Source: a virus. From it: a DNA stretch of 64,000 nucleotides. How positions within the stretch are numbered: position 1 is the stretch's first letter; each line of letters starts with the position of its first letter. Below, one piece after another: positions 59,380 to 64,000 of the stretch. The translations under genes and the position numbers were made by a program. The notes under the pieces were generated by a model. The model saw only the letters and a program-made list of their open reading frames with translations. It was not told the origin of the DNA and did no database searches. The stretch spans positions 4,677 to 68,676 of IMG/VR virus record IMGVR_UViG_3300010354_000003, one strand, 5' to 3'.

Positions 59380-59578
59380 TTCGCTTATTCCTCTCGATGT
59401 TTCGTTTTTCCAGCATAATAAATATGGAAACAATCGCGGCGGCAGTTCCAAAGGCAAGAGAACTAATACGCAGCCACGCCTCGATGTGCGGAAGGAAAGA
59501 TACCGCAACTGCGACCAAGCTGGTCAGAGAACCCAAAAATCCGTGAGTATGGTTGCTGATTGGAGCTTCAATATTCAT
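59360..59578 (-). CDS. Small 2-TM holin-like protein
   Basis: Two hydrophobic segments and a charged tail. Confidence 0.55.
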   Translation of the reverse strand: MNIEAPISNHTHGFLGSLTSLVAVAVSFLPHIEAWLRISSLAFGTAAAIVSIFIMLEKRNIERNKRNEEHHR

Positions 59579-59596
59579 TTATTTCTAAATGTATGG

Positions 59597-62152
59597 TTAA
59601 TTGTTTGCTTCCGTCAAGTTTTCTTGGGTTTCAACCAAGCTGCGCGATTGTTCATCCCAATAAAGCAACCCATGATAAAGCCCGTACGCCTGTTCGTCTG
59701 TAATTGGAAGTGACGTTAGGTGGCTCGGTATGTTTTCTACAATTACAGAACCTATGCTTACCGAGTTGCCGCTATCTGTTTCGTAAAGAATATGCCAATT
59801 TTCCATATTAAGGAATTCCAATTAGGTTGAATCCGTACCTGTTGGGGTTGGCTGCAATTAAATGCCTAACGGCAAGCCTGCTTCCAGCAGGAATATTTCT
59901 ACCGTATGTGCTATAAAATGGCACTTCAGTGGCAGTAAACTCATTTACATTCGACGTCCAACGCATATTACCAAACACAATTTCACTTCCGCTGGCACCA
60001 ACTCCTAAATCAAATCTAGAAAGAACAATATTTGCGCTGTCGTTTGTGTTGTTTGACAATACAAGCCCAACTGCACGATATGCACGGGTGGTTGATGCAA
60101 TTGCTTGAATCCATGTTCCACTTGATCCACTAAAGCTGATTCCTTGGCTTGTGGATGTATCTCCACCTATAACATCAACACTGGTAGGCGTTATGTCATA
60201 ATCACCAGCATCAATCGTAATTAATTGCAACTGGGCCGTTTTTCCGCCTGGAACAACCGATTGCATGCGGGCTGATATTCTTGTTCCACTTGGAATTTTA
60301 ATCGGAACCTGTATTCTAATATTTCCAGTTCCACCAATTGCTATGTTTTGCAAAATTGCCGTTTCACTTCCAGCTGGTCCTATTGCAATATCAAGTAATG
60401 ATGCTGTATTTGTTGCTGTTACAGCCAAATTGGTTGGCGACAAATACAACATCGATGAATTTTCTGAAGTTGCAGCTATGACTTGCGTCCACGGTCCCTT
60501 TGTATTTGCATTTGTGTTTGCTGTAATTGTTACTAACGCGCTAATATCTTTTATTACTGGTGCAAAAATATTAAACCACGCCAAGTTCCTAAAAAGTGGA
60601 GTGCTGCCAAGATATGCTTTTTGTAGAAGAGCCATAAATCAAGGATCAGTAATAAGATAAAGAGTTGCTGTGTCTGGAGAAACAATTGCATTGTACTCGG
60701 CTTGCGTAAGGCTAACGATATTGTTTACAATATCGCTTCCTGTGCCGGCCGTAATATCTGAAACAACAACTGTTCCAGAACGATTCGGGATAGATAGCGT
60801 TCGGTTCGTTGATGGACTTACTCCGTTTAAATTAAATTGTACTGTCCTTGAAGAATCCGCGTTGTCGTAAACCGTAAAATTTGCATCCGAGAAAACATCT
60901 GGAAATGCTCCGGCGTATGTCCAGTCTGTCAGCGCACCCGCGTTAGCTAGACGGACGTAGATGCCTGCTGGCTTGCGGTTGATCAACCAAGCCCCAGATG
61001 CCTCCCTAACAAGAAAAGCTGAATCAATTGGAGGATTGTTAACTAGAATAGGCAAATTGGAGTAGTATTGAACTTCACCATCAATATAGCTGGAACCACC
61101 ACCTCCGCTACCAGCGAAGTCCAATTTTGCCGTAAATGGATTGAAGACCCAAGCCATTAGCTAATCGAGGCAATCTTGTCGTTATCCACAACGCCCCCTC
61201 CGACATAAGTTAAGGTAAGAGTTTTTACGATAGCCCCGTTTTTTTTGTAAACTACTTGGAAGATATTGTTTGTGCTTCCGTAGTAATCGATGTCAATCTC
61301 ATCAAACGGTGGAATTTGGAAGCCTTGCCCAGACAAAGAACCTTGATAGGTATTCTCTGTAATCTTGCGGAGAAGGTTGTTTTGACCGTCGCCTAGTTGT
61401 GGAAGTGCTGGCATTAAATTGCAGTTACAATGGTTTCGATTTCTTCAATAGAAGAGTACTCTGTATCACTCAGGTGAACCAACCTAATGCATCCATCTAA
61501 CTCTACGTGGCACATAGTGTCGTCAATTTTTTCAAAATAATTTCCAGTCACATCCAACCCGTTGATTTTCATATTATCTTATTCTAATTATATCGCAGTA
61601 AGTCTGATCGGAAACAGATAAATTTTGTATTGCCACAACTATAAATCCATTTTGAGTCCAGTCTATTGCTAGGCTCTGTGGGATCGGCGTTGTGATTCCA
61701 TAATCTGTGGTATTTTGAATTGTCACATCGTTTACGCTGGTTGAATTTGTGGAATTTACTATTGCAAGCAGCCTTGAAAGATACAATGTGTTGCTTCCTG
61801 CAACAACATTTGGACCCCTGCCAATTAAAATTGGGGTTCCAGCGATGTCTGGTGTGGTATTCCAATATATTCGTGTTTGGAACTGGTTCAAACTGGCTCC
61901 AGTCCTTCTAACCCTAACAATTAACTCGGGGCAATCGTTTGTAGTAAAGCTATTCGCAGGTATCGAAAGTGCTTTTGATGCCGTGTTATTTAGTGTTCCA
62001 GTGACAACTGTTCCGCTAACAACATTGCTCAATGACCTTGGTGCGCCCAACGCGGCCAGGGCGGCGGAAGCCGTTGTCGCGCCTGTGCCGCCAGCGGCGA
62101 TCTGTTGGACTCCGTTAATCTCTACATCTGTTGTTCCGTAAATTGTTTTCAT
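59597..62152 (-). other. Tail-associated structural ORFs (59597..59821, 59808..60635, 60639..61157, 61157..61414, 61414..61572, 61574..62152)
   Basis: Coupled beta-rich ORFs; GGTGATTA..A..ALG and IVSLTQAEYNA..LYLI fibre-type motifs. Confidence 0.65.
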
Positions 62153-62155
62153 ATA

Positions 62156-64000
62156 CTATCCAGCGTTCACAATGTTGTTGTTGCCGTCGAGGCATAGGCG
62201 GATAATGCCTGCGCCGGATGGTGTTTGGAATGAGCCAGAGGTTAGGCGGCAGGAAATGAGTTTTCCGGAAAGTACACCATCGCCGCCGAAGCTGAGAGCC
62301 CCACCTTTGCAGTCCGTGAATGTGCCACTGGCTGTGCCGCCGCCGCCGCCGTTGCCGCCGAAGCCGAAATCCCCCGCCGTGCAGTCCGTGAATGTCCCGC
62401 TGGCTGTGCCGCTGTCGCCGCCGAAGCTGCCATATCCCCCCGTGCAGTCCGTGAATATTCCGTTGGCTGTGCCGCTACCGCCGAAGCTGGCATCTCCCCC
62501 AGTGCAGTCCGTGAATGTCCCGCTGGCTGTAGCGCCACCGCCACCGCCGCCGAAGCTGTTATTCCCCCCAGTGCAGTTCGCGAATGTCCCGCTGGCTGTG
62601 GCGTAGCCACCGAAGCTTCCTTCTTCCCCCTTGCAGTTCGTGAATGTCCCGCTAGCTGTAGCGCCGTTGCCACCGAAGCTATTATCCCCGCCTGTGCAAT
62701 TTTCAAAAACTTGCAACGGCTTATTGTTTCCAATCTTAAATTCCTGCGAACCAACAGAAATCCCACTTACACGCACGTCGTTCGCCGTAACATTCAGCGT
62801 GCTGGTGGTGACAAACACCGAGGGTGATTGGACCTGTGCGCCGAGTCCTACGATGTCCACGAACTCTGTATCGATTGCGAGTTCGGCGGCAAGGGAGTAG
62901 GTGCCAGGGAAGACAATAAGGCTGGCGCGGTTTGTTCCGCTGCGGGCATTTCCTTGCGGCGTCAGGACTTTTGCCTCTCCGTATTTGGTGGCAAGATTGT
63001 CTCCGGGTCGGGCGATAACATAGCTGTTTGCGGAGAGTCCGAGTTTTCCAGCAAGGTCTGTCGTTAGATTTGCAATCTTTGTCTGGGCAATATTTGCTGT
63101 AGCTGAAACATCCGAGTCTACAATGGTTGATGCTGGGCTTTGGAAGACTCCGTTGACCACCTTAACAACGCCGCTGCCGGTAACGCCTGGAATGGTGCTG
63201 TGCGCATGGGATGGATATGTTCCACCGAATTGGAAAGTTAGCTGATTGTTGTTCTGGTGCGCACGACCATAGAGATAAACAACGATACGGTCTGTAGCCA
63301 GAATCGTAGTTTGTGGCATAACTACCGAACTTACATACTGCGTAATCTCTGTTGGATCGTAAATGTATGTATCGTTTGATGTAGCAAGAAGCGTGGGTGC
63401 GTTTACTCCGTCATACTTCAGAATCTCAATCTTGTAGTAAATCTGGTTGGCTGCATTCGTTGTTGAAGATGTTGCAAAAATATTGAAGTCCCAAATGCCT
63501 GCTGGGATTGCTGTAGCAGACGGAACATTCAAATCTGTAACAAACGATGCCAAAAGGTCGTAACTTCCAGTAGAAAGGTTGGGCGATGTGTATGATGTTG
63601 CTGCTGTTTCTGCTGTAATCCCAAGTTCTTTTGATGTGTTGGGAGTCTGTGGGATGTTTGTAACAGGGGAATCCGCAGATGTATTGAAATTAAGGAAGTA
63701 AACTACGCCACCACCACCAGAGCCGCCAGATGGAACACTTCCTGGAACCCAACTTGTTCCGTCAAACTGCAATACTTGACCATTGTATGGTGTGGCATTG
63801 CTAACTGGTCGCCCCTGCAATCCGTCTACGGTTGGGTTTGGATAATTTCCAGACAAGTCGCCGCCAGCGACTCCAGTAGATGGTCCAGTAGCTCCAGTCA
63901 ATCCGGTGGCTCCAGTCAAACCAGTTGCACCTGTATTTCCGGCAACTCCAGTCGCCCCAGTAATCCCTGTAGCTCCAGTAGCCCCAATGTAATCGCCAAT
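62156..64000 (-). CDS. Collagen-like tail fibre; 5' end lies beyond the right edge of the window
   Basis: Frame is open to 64000 ([12 protein letters not shown]...); AGGDLSGNYPNP; C-terminal TASGTFTDCTGG..SFGG repeats. Confidence 0.85.
   Translation of the reverse strand: MGDYIGATGATGITGATGVAGNTGATGLTGATGLTGATGPSTGVAGGDLSGNYPNPTVDGLQGRPVSNATPYNGQVLQFDGTSWVPGSVPSGGSGGGGVVYFLNFNTSADSPVTNIPQTPNTSKELGITAETAATSYTSPNLSTGSYDLLASFVTDLNVPSATAIPAGIWDFNIFATSSTTNAANQIYYKIEILKYDGVNAPTLLATSNDTYIYDPTEITQYVSSVVMPQTTILATDRIVVYLYGRAHQNNNQLTFQFGGTYPSHAHSTIPGVTGSGVVKVVNGVFQSPASTIVDSDVSATANIAQTKIANLTTDLAGKLGLSANSYVIARPGDNLATKYGEAKVLTPQGNARSGTNRASLIVFPGTYSLAAELAIDTEFVDIVGLGAQVQSPSVFVTTSTLNVTANDVRVSGISVGSQEFKIGNNKPLQVFENCTGGDNSFGGNGATASGTFTNCKGEEGSFGGYATASGTFANCTGGNNSFGGGGGGATASGTFTDCTGGDASFGGSGTANGIFTDCTGGYGSFGGDSGTASGTFTDCTAGDFGFGGNGGGGGTASGTFTDCKGGALSFGGDGVLSGKLISCRLTSGSFQTPSGAGIIRLCLDGNNNIVNAG
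62280..62700. repeat. ~60-bp imperfect coding repeats, about 7 copies
   Basis: GCAGTCCGTGAATGTCCCGCTGGCTGT...CCGAAGC recurs. Confidence 0.85.

Noticed and set aside
62280-62700. Possible DGR template/variable repeats shared with 21700..22030
   Set aside because: No reverse transcriptase in the window, and the differences are not confined to adenines.
1-64000. Alternative genetic code, integrase/prophage boundary or host genes
   Set aside because: Genes pack tightly under the standard code with all three stop codons used. No integrase, att site or bacterial housekeeping block was recognised.

Overview
The window is part of a tailed dsDNA phage genome, podovirus-like by inference: no tape measure, sheath or integrase is recognisable, and there are three large internal/ejection-type proteins. 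It begins inside the major capsid gene (minus strand, absent from the supplied ORF track) and ends inside a collagen-like tail fibre gene. Modules in order: (1) head genes (capsid, scaffold, portal) and an inverted terL flanked by glycosyltransferase-like and methyltransferase genes; (2) a 2567-aa polyvalent protein with a RelA/SpoT-type HD hydrolase and an HExxH motif; (3) tail genes; (4) a GT4 + lipoprotein cassette; (5) a ~600-nt highly structured non-coding segment (33.3-33.9 kb); (6) dCMP deaminase and tRNA-Arg; (7) a ~1.1-kb control region with three sigma-54-type promoters ahead of an early gene cluster; (8) terS and recombination/replication genes (ERF, SSB, exonuclease, DnaB, initiator), with a T4 beta-glucosyltransferase-like gene between initiator and helicase; (9) nucleases, lysis genes and more tail genes. 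The strongest leads are the large candidate ncRNA, its kissing-loop leader architecture that recurs upstream of the initiator gene, the sigma-54 early promoters, the BGT-like gene, the alarmone hydrolase domain and the glycosylation cassette. All calls come from reading the sequence by eye; no database search or folding program was run. A PVC-group (Verrucomicrobia-like) host is only a guess.
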